From contig NC_079879.1 of NCBI RefSeq assembly GCF_029227915.1, forward strand, positions 27,443,095 through 27,507,094: DNA of 64,000 bases. The letters run 5' to 3'. The DNA is from Hydractinia symbiolongicarpus (Eukaryota). Shown here in pieces: positions 1-12,997 of this stretch. The notes under the pieces were generated by a model. The model was not told the DNA's origin, did not search any database, and saw nothing but the letters and a program-made list of their open reading frames with translations. Position 1 is the first letter of the stretch, and the number at the start of each line of letters is the position of its first letter. Made by a program: the position numbers and the translations under genes.

Positions 1-285
1 CCTGAATTATTCTGTACCCCCCTACAGTTCTAGGCGTACACTATCCGGCAACGCCATAGGGGGTACAGAAAAAATCAGGTATGAATGCCTGAATTATTCT
101 GTACCCTCCCTACAGTGCTGGTCGTACAAACATCTGGCAACGCCATAGGGGGTACAAAAAAAATCATGTATGAATGCCTGAATTATTCTGTACCCCCTAC
201 AGTGCTGGGCGTACAAACATCTGGTAACGCCATAAGGGGTACAGAAAAAATCAGGTATGGATGCCTGAATTATTCTGGCTTCCCT
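1..285. repeat. Tandem satellite with an ~88-bp unit, about 3.3 copies. Each unit contains an internal palindrome GGGGTACAGAA...TTCTGTACCCC.
   Basis: The motif cctgaattattctgtaccc recurs at about 1, 88, 176 and 262. Units are about 90% identical. The last unit degrades into a tRNA-like GTTCGAATC motif. Confidence 0.8.
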
Positions 286-906
286 GCTGTGAGCAGGCGT
301 GTGTTCGAATCTCATCTTGGTAACTATTTTTACTTTTTTTTTTTGCTGTTATAAATTCTAATCTAAAACACATTTTTTTGTAAACTTTATTCGCGAGGTT
401 GTTTATGTATATCATGCGTCTTTATACATTGAAAATTGTAATAATACCAAGGTTTAAACTGAAGCAGTTCGCTACACAGCGTTGAACCAGCATCGAAGTG
501 AAGGGAAGCACTCTTTCGGTTACCGTAAAAAATGTGTGACGGAAATATACTCGGTACTAAAAGATATACCATGAAACATAGGGGGGTACAGAAAAAATCA
601 GGGGTACAATAAAATTTATTACAACCTTCCTTCGCTTCCTTGCCGAACTGCCTTGCCGGACAAATAGCTGCTACTAAAAGTAATTAGTCACAACTACGGG
701 GGGGGCAGAATAATCTAGGGGGGCAGAATATTCTACTTACGTGTTGTCCTCTACACCATCTTGGGCAGGATTTTTCGCGTTCTGCAAATTACCTAACTTG
801 GCACTGTGCTAGTCAGACATCGCACAACTCTACAAACGCAAGGAAGCAAGGAAACTTTGTGGAAGACGGGAGGTACAGTTTTTTTTTTAATTTCATTGTC
901 CTGGTG

Positions 907-2215
907 CTGCGTAGATACTAAAAGTAGGCACCATCAGTAACCAACAGTAATCAGCAGTATTTCGAAGTAACCACCAGAGAACCAACAGTATTATGAAGTA
1001 ACACAAGAGAACCAGCAGTTATTATTAATTTACTCCAGATAAGGCTGCAACAGCCGCGCAAAGGTATTGGGATTTTTGTGCGCAGCACTTCTTGACCTTA
1101 AAACTACCAAATATGATAAATAAAAGGGCACCTAGCTCTCAGGGCTTTTTTCTGATACTTTATGCTCTTGCTATCTAGCTAGCTACGTTTAAGTTGTTTT
1201 CACGAGGTTCAATAAAATTGATTCCGCGAAGAATAATTTTCGAAAACATAATAAAATTCGCGAAATTCGCGATACCAACTTAAGTTATTTATTTATTTAT
1301 TTCGCCTAAAGGCAATAATGGAAACAAGAAGAGCAAGAAGATAATACCTAGTATTTTCGGGATTAAGTTTCATTCTTTGAGATAAAATATAACATGTTTC
1401 AAGAAAAAAACGTTCATGCCAAAAGCATAATGTTTTTTACTTGAACAGAAACCATGCGAGAAAAACAAACGTATATTTTCCGCCGGATGCCACAATGTTT
1501 CTCCACACAATTTATTAATTCATTTGAACTTTACTTTGTCTACCAAAAGAAAAAAATGTCTCGATTTTGACCCTCCTCCGCATAGCGTTATATTTGGTTT
1601 ACAATACACAAATTGTAAAATGAAAACCCTTCGGTCAAGTACATAATCTGATTAAGCAGAATAATTTTTTAGGAAGCGTTGAAGGAAGTGTGTAATAGCT
1701 GCGAAGAATAAACTAAAATTTGATATGGATTCCTCAACAGTGGATACAATGGCAGTAGAGGTATCTCTCACCCTCGATGCCTTCAAACTGTGCAGTTTAA
1801 CTTTAACGTCTATCACAAGAAAACAATGTCTCTTTTTGGACTCTCCTCCGTACAGTGTTTCTTTGTTATATTTGTTTTAAAATTCAGATGTTAGTTCGTG
1901 ATTTAAAATATTAATTTTGTTCTTGTTAATTCTCGTGTCTGGTCTTCTGTCTCAACTGTTGCATAAAGCCCAAGTCACACTAGTCATAAACATTTCAGAA
2001 AAATGGGTTGTGAACTGTTGTACATTATTAAATGTTTCACATTCAAAGCGGTAGATGTGTTTAATTCGTTTTATCGATTTAACTGGTCGTTCTCTTGTGG
2101 TTACTTAAAAAAATGTCTGGTTCTCTGTTGGTTACTTCCAAATACTGTTGGTTCTCTGGTGGTTACTTCAAAATACTGCTGGTTACTGCTGGTTCCTACT
2201 TTTAGAAAAAAGCGT
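907..2215. mobile_element. Non-autonomous Mutator-like (MULE-type) DNA transposon with ~130-bp terminal inverted repeats and a 9-bp target-site duplication
   Basis: The left end, 907 to about 1020, matches the reverse complement of about 2090–2215 at roughly 85% identity. A perfect 9-bp direct repeat gtcctggtg lies immediately outside both ends (898–906 and 2216–2224). The interior has no long ORF and contains internal sub-repeats at about 1540–1600 and 1790–1860. Confidence 0.6.
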
Positions 2216-3699
2216 GTCCTGGTGATGGTTACATTGACACTAAGCTATCTATGTAGCTAGCAGTTGCTACATTTGTTTAATTTTATTGTGGAGTATTTGA
2301 ATGGTGGAAGAGAAGGGATTCCAAGGAAAGTGGAAAAGAGAGTAAATAGAGAACAGTACAGGGTCAAGTTATCCTGCATTAAATTTACACAATATCCTGT
2401 GTGTTCCAGCAAAAGAAAAGGTTTGTTGTTTATTAACATATACTAGTTACTAAGTCAGGAAAGGCAAATAAATGATTTAAAATTCAGATGTTAGTTCGTT
2501 ATTTAAAATATTAAAAAAAAAAAAAAAAAATATATTTTTGCGCACCAATGAAACCACTTTGTCACGTTTGACGAGAAATAAGGTCGTCATCACAAATATG
2601 TTGTGTTCGCATCCTCCGACCAACTCACTTTTGGTAATAAAAACAGATATTTTTCAAAAAGAAAATTTTTTTCGCCAGAACTAATTTATGCAAAATTGAC
2701 AAAAACTCGCAAAAATTAATTTCTGTTAAAATTCCTTTAGGGCACTCCTTTTGTCTTGGCCTAGGGAACGAATTTGCTTGCTCCGATCTGAAAATCCTGG
2801 GAAAAAATACGCCCGACTGCCTCATTTTTGCAGGGTCTTAAGGACGCGAAACACAGTATATTTTTTATGGTGGCCTAAAGAGCTCAAAAAGTGCAATACA
2901 CAGCTCAGTTATGCTCTCTTTCACTAGGCATTAAGTTGTTTGTCCATACTTTAAGGTAATGTATATATAATTTATGTTATAGCACATCTATATTATAAAA
3001 TATAAATATATTTTAAAATAAGTAATTATAATTGGCATTCTTATTTCATGCATTTTGTTCGAATCAGATTCTAAATGGAAGAACCACTTGCAAAAGTGGC
3101 AGTGGGTTCAACTCCCACCTGAATCACTTAATCATTTAAATATTTATTCCATTTAAAACAGATAAAAACAAGATATATCAACATCTATATAAGTGTGCTT
3201 TTAGAATAGCGAATTATCAATTCTCTGAGACTACAAGCGTGTAGTTGTTGGCACACAAATATCTGACATTGTTTAAAAAGCCAATTAAGATGCTGTACAT
3301 TCTGGTGTTGCAAAAACGTATGCAAAGGTTCAGCATATACTCCAGTTTTTAAATAAATTAATGCATTTATTGCGTTTTTATCATATATATTTTATTTGTC
3401 TTAAATATGCTTTGAATTAATTATAGATATCTCAAACATATGATAACATACCAAGAACGGCTGCGGAATTTTCTATTTAAAATGTGTAACTTGCACATTA
3501 AAAACGTTCAAATAAAGAAAGGTCCATTAAGGCCAATTATTCCAACTGGATTTCTTCAACGTATACAGGTATACCAAAATGTTTTTTTCTAGACATGTAA
3601 GCAAGGTTTGTGGTGAAGTTGAGCATTTTTAGTTTGTTTTTTTATTTAATTTTAATTCCTAATTTTTGCCATGATAAATCACAAAAATATTAAAAGAAG

Positions 3700-4130
3700 A
3701 ACATCAAACTAAATGTTTATCAATTTGATTTTTTTGCACAGATTGATTTAATTGACATGCAATCAAAACCTGATGGGGATTTCAAATGGATTGTGAATCA
3801 CTTTTCAGAATTCTGTATCATTTTTCCTCTAAGAAGTAAAACAGCTAAGGAGACTTATTGATATGTTTCTGGTAGTATTTGGCATGCCTAAAATAATCCA
3901 TTCGTGTTATGGCCAGGAGGAACAAAGTTTATCCGTGGCTCATCTGGTCACTCACAATCACAAGGTCGTCTTGTGGAGCAGGGAAACAAAACCATTCAAG
4001 TAATGATTAGTGCTCGGGAACAGGACAATGGCTTGTGTTCTTGGAGTTATTGCCTACCTTTACGTTGTAAATATTTTTCAAATCTGAAATTATTTAATAT
4101 CTTATATGAAACTGCAATATTCCATTAAGA
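3700..4130 (+). pseudogene. Degenerate rve-type integrase core fragment, GIN/gypsy-integrase-like
   Basis: Translation gives IDLIDMQSKPDGDFKWIVNHFSEFCIIFPLRSKTAKE, then a frameshift, then GHSQSQGRLVEQGNKTI. This matches the integrase catalytic core, with the first D in DLIDM and the C-terminal HxQSQGxVER motif. It is interrupted by stops. Confidence 0.4.
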
Positions 4131-6386
4131 ATTAGAGTAGACGTTTAAAATAAAATTAAGGATCCAAAGTTAGGCAAAGAACTTGATGAATTCCTTGAAC
4201 TATTTTGTCACCAGCTAACATCTTCACTGAGAAATGCAGAAATACTCCAGTATATAGTAGCCAAAATTTGTGCAATCATAGATAATTGCCTTAGATATTT
4301 TATTATATGTGATATATGTGATTTTATTATATGTAAAGTTAGGGACGAAAAGCTGTTTTTTATTCTAAAAAATCTATATGCTTGAAGATGTGTCAAATCA
4401 TAAACCACCGCACGCTAGACAAGTCCGTCAAACAGCCTACTCCCAAGATAGGGTGTGGTTTTTATACGGGTTTGTATTACAAAAAAACACTAAGAAATAT
4501 TTAATTTTGCCTGCCCTTAATATTTTATTTCTCTATATATTTTCTATATATTTATATAGTTACGGCGTAAGTATAGTAGTTACAAGTGAAGATTACTTTC
4601 AGGGGATAAAGTTGTTGCGGAATTTGGAAGAAAAACTTAGTAATTTTTAAAAAGTTTGTTTCCGAAAAAAAAGCTGAACGGGGAAAATTTCGTCCTGAAA
4701 TACTTTTTCTTTCTAAATTAATCGAATGCGATTTGTCAAAGTCTAAGCAAAACACAGTGGACTCTTCCATCTTGAACTCGCAAGAACCCAAAAATTTATT
4801 TCCGAAAATAAAAAGAGAAAATTTATTTAAAAGTGACAGAAAGGGAGCAAAGTAAGTGTTCGTGATAAAAGATTTTACTGCAAAATGTAAAAACCTTGAT
4901 ACACGAGAACGGATCTATGGATAAAAACTTTAAAAAGAACTGCATCAGGAATACATTTATTTACTGACAAATTTGTTTTAATAAATTTTAATTTTTTTTA
5001 ATGATAAAATTAACACAGTTATCGCATGCATAGCTTTTCATGGTTTGATTTAGCTGGCAACACAAATTTATTTGCTGTTAATAGCGCACAGTTAATTAGT
5101 GGACAATTTGATTACACCCCTCCCCTCCTCTAATGTTTTTGTCTAGTTTCAAACAAACAAACAAAAAAACATTTCAGTTCTCGTCCTGCGGCCTTCTTCA
5201 CCCACTCGATTGCCTTTTTTAGTCCTTGGAGGGTGTATGTAACAAGAATTTCCAGTCCCTACCCTACCCCTCTGTTCACACGTTTTTCAGTGACACTGCA
5301 GCGTGCTGTGGATTTGGGGAGTTGTAAGAACTTACAAACTCCTTTGGAAAAGTTAAGTGGATATGTTCAACTACTTTTTTGGTTCACGAGGTCATAGCGA
5401 TAAACTACTACTGCAAACTCGCCTGTTCATTTTGCCTAGAACCCTTAATAGCTTAAAGTAACCCGGGATTATTTTTGGACCAAAATAGGCGAGAAACCGA
5501 GTTTCCAAATAGCGGACACTTCTAATTAACGGACAAAACTCTCTGCATCGAAGGTTTCGGCTAATTACAGAGTTGACTGTATTCTTGTTAATACAATATT
5601 TAAATTATCAGTATCGGTAAACGCTTCGCACATCAGCATCCCCAGCACGTGATATAAACAACTAATGGTACAAAGCACAATTAACATGGGATTCACAAGA
5701 CGATTATGTTCCTACAAATTCTTTATTTACGGTTTAAAAATTTGTGTAGGAACAATGTCAGCATCCCACGGTTTTTATCCTGTTAAAACAATGCAGAGCC
5801 CTCCTAGTTTGACAAAATAGACACAGGATTTTATCCGGAGCTCAGGCTCACCTCACTAGGAAAAATGTTAACGCCCTGGCTATTTTTTCGTCCAAGAAAC
5901 ACGAATGCATTGTTTAAAAGTTGCCATACGGTTGTAATTAACCTGCAAGTAAATTTCAGCAACTGCAGATAAAAGATTTGGTCAGCAACCGTGTGAGTGC
6001 AGATATAAGTGCTTTTAACGTTACAAACAAACAATGCCAAAACTTATTGCTTTTTTTTTTTAATCTCGCCTTTCTCTTAGAGTCAGGCTGTGGTAGCAAC
6101 CTCGTCTCCAGGGGTTCTTGCCTCTTTTACATCGATGCCACTAGCGGCTTTGGCAACCCTGGAACATCAAATAGTGACAAATAGTAATGATAGAACCTCG
6201 GGTTTTAACCGTGAAAGAAAGAAAATCCAGATTTACGCTTGAGTGCACTTCGTATTTGCACGCTTTTTTTTTCTTCAGAATAAATAAAGCGTCTTGTTTG
6301 ACATCACATTGCGCATGATAGGTAGGGTCTGAACGTTTGTTAGGTTCGAAAATGTCTATCATGGCTTGTTTATTAAATTAATAATT

Positions 6387-6893
6387 ATGAGCAAAAAAAC
6401 AGAAGAAAATAATAAGAATAATTCAGAGGGAACACAACAAAGTTTTCCTAGTAATAACAATGAAAACGAGGCTAGAAATTCTGCCCAAGAAGACGACGAG
6501 TGCAGCAAGAAAAACATTAGTACAGAAAGTCCCGATTTAAACCAGGATAAAGTTAAAGGTGACAGAAATAAAGAAGCGTCAATGGTTCGACGATCACCCT
6601 CTCCTAATAAAAAGAAGGAAACGCACGCCGTACCTAAAGACGGTAGTAACATGCAGTCTGTTGGTACAGATACTGAATGCGATAGTAGACCAACGAAAGA
6701 TGGTGATGGATCGAATTCGTATGATGGAGATGTAACAGTCTCCGATGTAGAAGTAGGAACAGAAAAAGAAAGACTTCCAGCTGAGGAAATAACTATTTTA
6801 CCAAAGCGTTATGTGTTGTTGTTGATGTTATTCTTAGGTTTCGCTATTATATATTCTCTTCGTGTAAATATAAATGTTGCTATTGTTGCCATG
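6387..6893 (+). CDS. SLC17-family (sialin-like) anion/sugar transporter, exon 1 of 9. It encodes an N-terminal low-complexity extension and the first transmembrane segment.
   Basis: ATG at 6387. The product ends ...ILPKRYVLLLMLFLGFAIIYSLRVNINVAIVAM, then a gtaaat donor. The downstream exons match sialin/SLC17 closely. Confidence 0.75.
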
Positions 6894-8080
6894 GTAAATA
6901 ACAGGACACGGTTGACTCGGAGTGGCAAAATTACTGTGCGCGTAAGTAATTTTAATTTTATAATTAGACCTAACTTATTTAAAGTACTTTTTTAGCTAAT
7001 CTCGTCCCTGGAGTTTCTTTCTTGAACAAGTAACAATCTGTAACAAGTGAGAGAAGGGATAGGAAGTAGTATTTCCTATAAAATACCTCCTCGCTATTGA
7101 TGTTAAGTGCTTGATGCGTTTTTGTAAAATTTGATCACCAAAATAGAAATTATTTGTTTTGGGAACGAATACACCTTTCCCGAGACTTATTCTTTTGATG
7201 TGCCGCAACTTTTTCTGTTGAGTTTTATGAAAAACGGACAACAAATTTGAATTCCTTATCAAAAATGTCATAAACAAAGAAAATTTCGAAACAATGCAGC
7301 AAGTAAACAACCTGCTATTCTAATTTAAAGATTTGTGGCATGTCCAACCTCCTTTTGAAAGCGAGGCGGGACATGGTAACTTGAGCATTAAGAAGACTTT
7401 AACTGTGATATATCTTCTCAAAATTGCACTTTCTGTTGGCGTATCAAGTTAAACTTTTACACATAAATTAAACAAACTATGCTGAATTCAAATATGGTAT
7501 TCATATTTTACGAGTTTAACAAAAGTATGACTCATGGTGTATTAGGCGAAACATACAAATAAAATCAACAAAAATGTATTAAAGGGTTTCTCAAGAGTCT
7601 ACAAAAACTATGATTGATAATGTTAAGGTTTTTTTTGGATTCAACATTGCCCAGCAGTCTAAAAATGTTCAGCCTAAAAACGGAAAAATTACAAAAGTAA
7701 CAGTAACAGTAAAATATTCCAGAAGCTGTTTCCAAACATAAATTTAACAATAAAGGCATTAAAAAATTAGCGTATGTCCCCTTCACCACTCTCTTCCCCG
7801 CGGTTCGTGGAAATTTTCAGTGTTTTTAAGATAATGTTTTAGCATGCACTAACGCCACATGTGCAAATATAAGTTTTCCACAACAATTTATATTTTTAAA
7901 AAATACTTGATCTTCTCAATCTTTTTTAACCATGCAATGGCGAATTCATTAAGTTGTGACGTTGCAGCACCTAAAGCTAGAGAAATAGGTTTCTGCCGCA
8001 TTTAAAGAAAGAAAAACACAATTTTAAATAGTCTTTTGGTATTTTTTGACAACTTTTACTATAATCTCTTCTACCTTTAG

Positions 8081-8114
8081 GTGGCTGAGTTTCACTGGGA
8101 TTCGCACGATCAAG
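8081..8114 (+). CDS. SLC17-family transporter, exon 2
   Basis: Acceptor ctacctttag, product VAEFHWDSHDQ, donor gtaatt. Phase is consistent with exons 1 and 3. Confidence 0.7.
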
Positions 8115-8862
8115 GTAATTTAAAACATTTATTTGTATTCTAACTAATTAAGGAGTTTAACTTTGAGATCAATTTTTATTTGGAAAATACGGTGATGTCA
8201 CAAGGGCGTTAACATTTTGTTTATCTGCTTACCTTTACAACGTTTGTATTCAGGGCTGCGAATCCGTTCTGAGCGGGGTGTCATCATTCGAAAAAATGTC
8301 TTAAACCTCAATCGTACAGTTGTCGTTCAAATACCGTCTCAAGCAAAAACAATTTTTTATGTTCCCCTACACAACCCCCTCTGGAGTTTTACAATCTAAT
8401 CCTCCTGAACTTTCTAACAAGAGAGACTTTTACTGTTGTGAATACTCGATTAAGTTCATTCCATTAGACCCCAACCGAACTACCGTCAACAAACAGCTTT
8501 CGCTTTTTAATGTGTCCAATAAGTACCAGAGATGAGTTCGTTTTTTAAAAAAAGGAAATCACTTCCTATGGTAAGGCGTACATGCCCTGGTAATTGAGCT
8601 ACTGATTGCAATAATCTTAATCAAAATTGAGCCCCACCTTTAAAATCATTTTTGATAAAAAAAAAACCTCTGAGGAAGGGGAGAGGAGATGATTAATCGA
8701 GCATTTACGGTATTTCAAATAGATAATTAAAAAATGGTAACATTAGATATCATCTTTTTTCTATTGACTTTAAAACAATGATCGGCTTTCGGGAAAGCAA
8801 CGTTTTCTATCCACATTTCGTATTTTAATTCACTCAATTTAAAATTCTCTTCTTACCTTCAG

Positions 8863-9150
8863 CATTAGTACTCGGTTCATTTTATTATGGTTACTGGATA
8901 TTACAAGTTCCTGGTGCATGGATAGCCATGAAACTCGGTGGCACTCGTATATTTGGCTATGGCACGTTACTTGCGTCATTACTGGCGCTCATCACACCGG
9001 TTGCCACGCGATATCACGTGTACGGACTAGTTGGTATTCGAATTGTCCAGGGATTATTTCTTGGCGTGACATTTCCATGCGTCATTGCAATATGGGCAAA
9101 ATGGTCACCGCCTACTGAACGAAGTACTATGGTAACCATGGCAATAGCAG
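8863..9150 (+). CDS. SLC17-family transporter, exon 3
   Basis: Product ALVLGSFYYGYWILQVPGAWIAMKLGGTRIFGYGTLLASLLALITPVATRYHVYGLVGIRIVQGLFLGVTFPCVIAIWAKWSPPTERSTMVTMAIA. This is a conserved MFS/SLC17 core. Confidence 0.85.
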
Positions 9151-9812
9151 GTACTTACTTATCAATGAGAAAAAATTGGTTTTAGAGGGAGTTCAAAATT
9201 GCCTAAGTAATTAATGTTTTTCTCACAATTAGGTTTTTGTCAATGCTAAAAATTTGACTGGATTTATAAGGTGGAAGCACATATTTCAATTAGTTGTACT
9301 GTGGCAAGATTTTTTAAATGTTTTAAAATCACTTTTTGCACATGCGCAGCACAAACGAATAGTTCCAAAGACAACTAAAATTGCTTTCACTGTTTTAAAC
9401 TACTTCCATGTAATCCAGTGATTTTTTTATATTAATTTTGCAGTTGACACATGTGCTAGAAAAAATTCTTTCATTAATTTATCGAGATAAGCAAAGTATT
9501 TTATTCTTTAAAATGTTTATTCTTTAAAAACAGGCTAATCACTTTTGCCTTTTATTAGTTTAAAACAGTATATTAGAATGCAAGAAGTCTCAATAAGAGA
9601 ATTAAAAACTATTTTGCACTGCAGCAACCTGAATAAAGTAACCATAATATTTCCCCCACTCCCACTCCGCCCTATTTTACGCCCACCCTTTTATCCTCTT
9701 TTTTTGATTCCAAACTCCAGAACGTCTTATCCAACTTTAAAATAATTTGTTGTCGTTTAAAAAATTCTCAATTCACTGAGGATATTTTTTTGATTTAATT
9801 TTGATTTTTTAG

Positions 9813-9908
9813 GATCACCTGTTGGTAATATTATAGCTATTCCACTTACTGGTTTATTAGCAAAATATGGCTTTGATGGAGGCTGGCCCTCTGTCTTCTA
9901 TTTTTTTG
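9813..9908 (+). CDS. SLC17-family transporter, exon 4
   Basis: Product GSPVGNIIAIPLTGLLAKYGFDGGWPSVFYFFG. Compare the sialin segment GWTYVFYFFG. Confidence 0.85.
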
Positions 9909-10089
9909 GTATGTACACCTTTACTTTGTAATTTCTTTGATTTTTTGTCGTTTCAAGTTATAATTCATTTTTACTTGTATTGGTTAAGCGTAATGAATTT
10001 GCTTACACTGAGAGGAGCGTTGATATATGCTTTGATTGTCGCCTCAATTTTATATTTGTTGTTGTTTTAAATACAGGAAGAATCAGTTA

Positions 10090-10400
10090 GATGTGCTCCT
10101 AGGTCGTTTTTTGAATAAAAAGTCGTAAAAACCTGAGGGATTACTTTCTGTTTCTGACTTAGTCACAAAAGTATAAAGACACTAACAACTTGTATAAGTA
10201 CACGGTTTAAATACGAATTATTTGTATAGAAATAAGGTAATAGTTGTGCTCCTAGGTCGTTTTTTGAATAAAAAGTCGCAAAAACCTGAGGGATTACTTT
10301 CTGTTTCTGACTTAGTCACAAAAGTATAAAGACACTAACAACTTGTATAAGTACACGGTTTAAATACGAATTATTTGTATAGAAATAAGGTAATAGTGCT
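10090..10400. repeat. Tandem duplication of a ~155-bp unit (2 copies) inside intron 4 of the SLC17 gene
   Basis: The unit gtgctcctaggtcgttttttgaataaaaagtcg...ataaggtaatag is repeated head-to-tail and is nearly identical. Confidence 0.7.
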
Positions 10401-10549
10401 AATTGATTGCATTACCATTCTAATTAAAAACATGAAAAAGCGACTTCGAGTTAAAACTGACTGATAATTAGAACCGTCACTCAGCATATATTTACGGCTC
10501 TATGACGGAAAAATATAATATTAGGCTGTCTTTACATTCTTTTTTTTAG

Positions 10550-10683
10550 GTTTTCTTGGTATTTTGTGGTACATATTATGGGCGTTTATAATTTATGATA
10601 CGCCATCCACTCATCCTGGTATAACTTCAAGAGAACGAAATTACATAGAAAAATCTATAGCTGAGAAACCTTTTGATCCATTG
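10550..10683 (+). CDS. SLC17-family transporter, exon 5
   Basis: Product FLGILWYILWAFIIYDTPSTHPGITSRERNYIEKSIAEKPFDPL, donor gtaagc. Confidence 0.85.
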
Positions 10684-11204
10684 GTAAGCAGGGTAAAGTT
10701 TATTACAAACACGACCCTGCGATGTTGGGAGTGGTTATATTGAAGATAACGCAGAAAACTTGCCTTTGCCTAAACCTGACCTTAACCCTGTCCCCAGGGT
10801 CACTTTTAACAACTATAAGACCTTTTAAGGATGCGTTTTATGTTACATCTCGCGTCTGTAGACATTTGAATTATTTAAACAGATTAGACTCCATCATATA
10901 TACCACTTCTCTTACCTTTGCTATCAACGTATGGTGGTTTTATTTACTTCTTATGAAAATCTGAACGGTTCCACTGTTGAAAACTGCCAGGTTCCATGTT
11001 AGCATGAGTGGAAAACGAATTTAGAGTAAAAAAGTAGCCTTCACATGGAGCCAAAATGACATTTCAAACCGCAATAAGATTTATCATGTTTACATAAAGT
11101 TTCTATATCAGAATCGTGCGAACTGCATATGCGCTGTAACTTGGTGCACTGAAATGGAATTTAATGTAAAGGCTAACTAAAGAATATTTTTTTTATTTAT
11201 TTAG

Positions 11205-11354
11205 ACTGAATCACCACCATGGAAAGCGATCTTCACATCTGTTCCTATGTGGGCAATCATTGTTGGTCATTTTGGTGCATGCTGGGGATATTACACTTTG
11301 TTTACACAGATGCCAACCTACTTAAAAGATGTTCAACATTTAGATATTAAAACT
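11205..11354 (+). CDS. SLC17-family transporter, exon 6
   Basis: Product TESPPWKAIFTSVPMWAIIVGHFGACWGYYTLFTQMPTYLKDVQHLDIKT. Compare sialin [30 protein letters not shown]. Confidence 0.85.
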
Positions 11355-11467
11355 GTGAGAATTTTTAAGCATATCTCACAAAACATCAGAAGCAAATAAG
11401 CAAATTTTATCTCCAGGGCTTGGTGCAAAAAACACACAATGATATTGTAATATTTCGTAATTTTTAG

Positions 11468-11600
11468 ATGGGACTTGTTGCAGCTACACCTTACCTGTTT
11501 AAAGCTTTTCTTGGTCCTCTTGGAGGGATATCTGCAGACATGATACTTCGTTATGGTTATCTTACTGTCACTGGAGTGCGTAAGCTGTTTTATGGCGTTG
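11468..11600 (+). CDS. SLC17-family transporter, exon 7
   Basis: Product MGLVAATPYLFKAFLGPLGGISADMILRYGYLTVTGVRKLFYGV, donor gtaaga. Confidence 0.85.
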
Positions 11601-12159
11601 GTAAGAACAATCCACTTTTTTGTTACGACTGATTATAAAAAAATAGGCAATATCTTTTTATCTGCAAAATGATTTATGCTTTGATATAGTCTAGGTTTAA
11701 AATCAATTACAAGTAAAACAATCAATAAAAACTATTTTTATTAGCGCAGAATCTTACATAACCACTTCCTTCCCTCAACAATTTGAAGGCGGAAATAATA
11801 AATCACTTCCGCTTTCAAATAGTTCATCATTATATTAAGGTTTAAAAACTTCGTACTCTAGAGTGGAATAATCATATCCCCCGCATTGGTAATTATCGTA
11901 TTTTTTTCCATATATACAAAAATAATATATAATATCTATGCTTTGCATTTTCTAACCGCCCCATATATTCCACTTCGTTCGACTTAAAGACTTCCTGGGT
12001 AAAGTTTTATGAATTAAAATTAAAGCATTAAGCGAAGATGTGACGCATCATGCAAGTGAAGCTCCCCATCCTTCATTCCAACAGGACTGTGAATTACACA
12101 ACTAAAAATTCAAAAACATTTGACAACAACATAATTTACGGCTTGTTTTTTTTTTGTAG

Positions 12160-12398
12160 GTTGTATACTAGCAGGTTTCTTTATTCTTATGGTTGGTTAT
12201 TATATAAAGAAAGCTGAAGCAATTGCTTTCTTGATATTAGGCGTCGGTTTCAGTGGGTTGAACGCCACTGGATACGCCGTGAATCATTTAGATTTAGCAC
12301 CAAGATACGCAGGCGTGTTGATGGGTATCACAAACACATTTGCAACCATACCTGGTTTTCTCAGTCCAATGGTTACAGGATATATTGTTAAAAACAAG
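12160..12398 (+). CDS. SLC17-family transporter, exon 8
   Basis: Product [80 protein letters not shown]. Compare sialin [26 protein letters not shown]. Confidence 0.85.
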
Positions 12399-12799
12399 GT
12401 GAAGGTTTCTTACTGTTTTTTAAAATAAATATGTCGGCCTGTGGAATGAACCTCGTTTCTCTAGATTTTCTTTTAGAGTTTCCTAAATACTTAGATAAGA
12501 GTTTATGTGAACACTGAATTTGATTTTCTTTAAATGTGTTCTGTTCCAAAAAACAGTTACATCTGCAATCCCGACTATAACAAAAAAAACGAGTTTTTAA
12601 CCAACCATAATCAGTTTAGTAAAATAAACTCCGATATTTTCCTTACTTTTTTACGTACACACAAATAAAACCAGGTTTGTAAATAAACCTTTTTTGAAGT
12701 CTAACTTGAAATTTAAGACTGTTTTGTTCTGTAAATCATATTATACAATATCCTGTATTGAATGTTTGTATAGAGTGACTTTCTTTTTGTAAATTTCAG

Positions 12800-12997
12800 A
12801 AAGCGTCGGAATGGAAAATAGTGTTTTGGATAACATTTATCATTTATGTGATTGCAGTTGGTCTTTATTCTATAATGTGTTCTGGAGAAAGACAGTGGTG
12901 GGCTGATGGTTATCCAGAGAATGACAACGCAGATGAAAATGAAAATATAACAGATGAGGCGATAAACGAAGATACTGAACCAAGTGACAATAGATAA
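12800..12997 (+). CDS. SLC17-family transporter, exon 9 (terminal). The product has an acidic C-terminal tail.
   Basis: Product KASEWKIVFWITFIIYVIAVGLYSIMCSGERQWWADGYPENDNADENENITDEAINEDTEPSDNR, then TAA at 12995–12997. The nine exons sum to 1779 nt, giving 592 aa, and all exon phases are consistent. Confidence 0.8.
   Translation, partial: KASEWKIVFWITFIIYVIAVGLYSIMCSGERQWWADGYPENDNADENENITDEAINEDTEPSDNR

Noticed and set aside
286-346. tRNA gene at the end of the 88-bp satellite
   Set aside because: Only a T-loop-like GTTCGAATC motif and one short hairpin are present. No acceptor stem, D-arm or 7-nt anticodon loop can be built. It is at most a tRNA-derived SINE relic.
6996-7310. Minus-strand 104-aa ORF inside SLC17 intron 1
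   Set aside because: It has no homology, is AT-rich, and sits inside an intron of a well-supported gene on the opposite strand. It is treated as a chance ORF.
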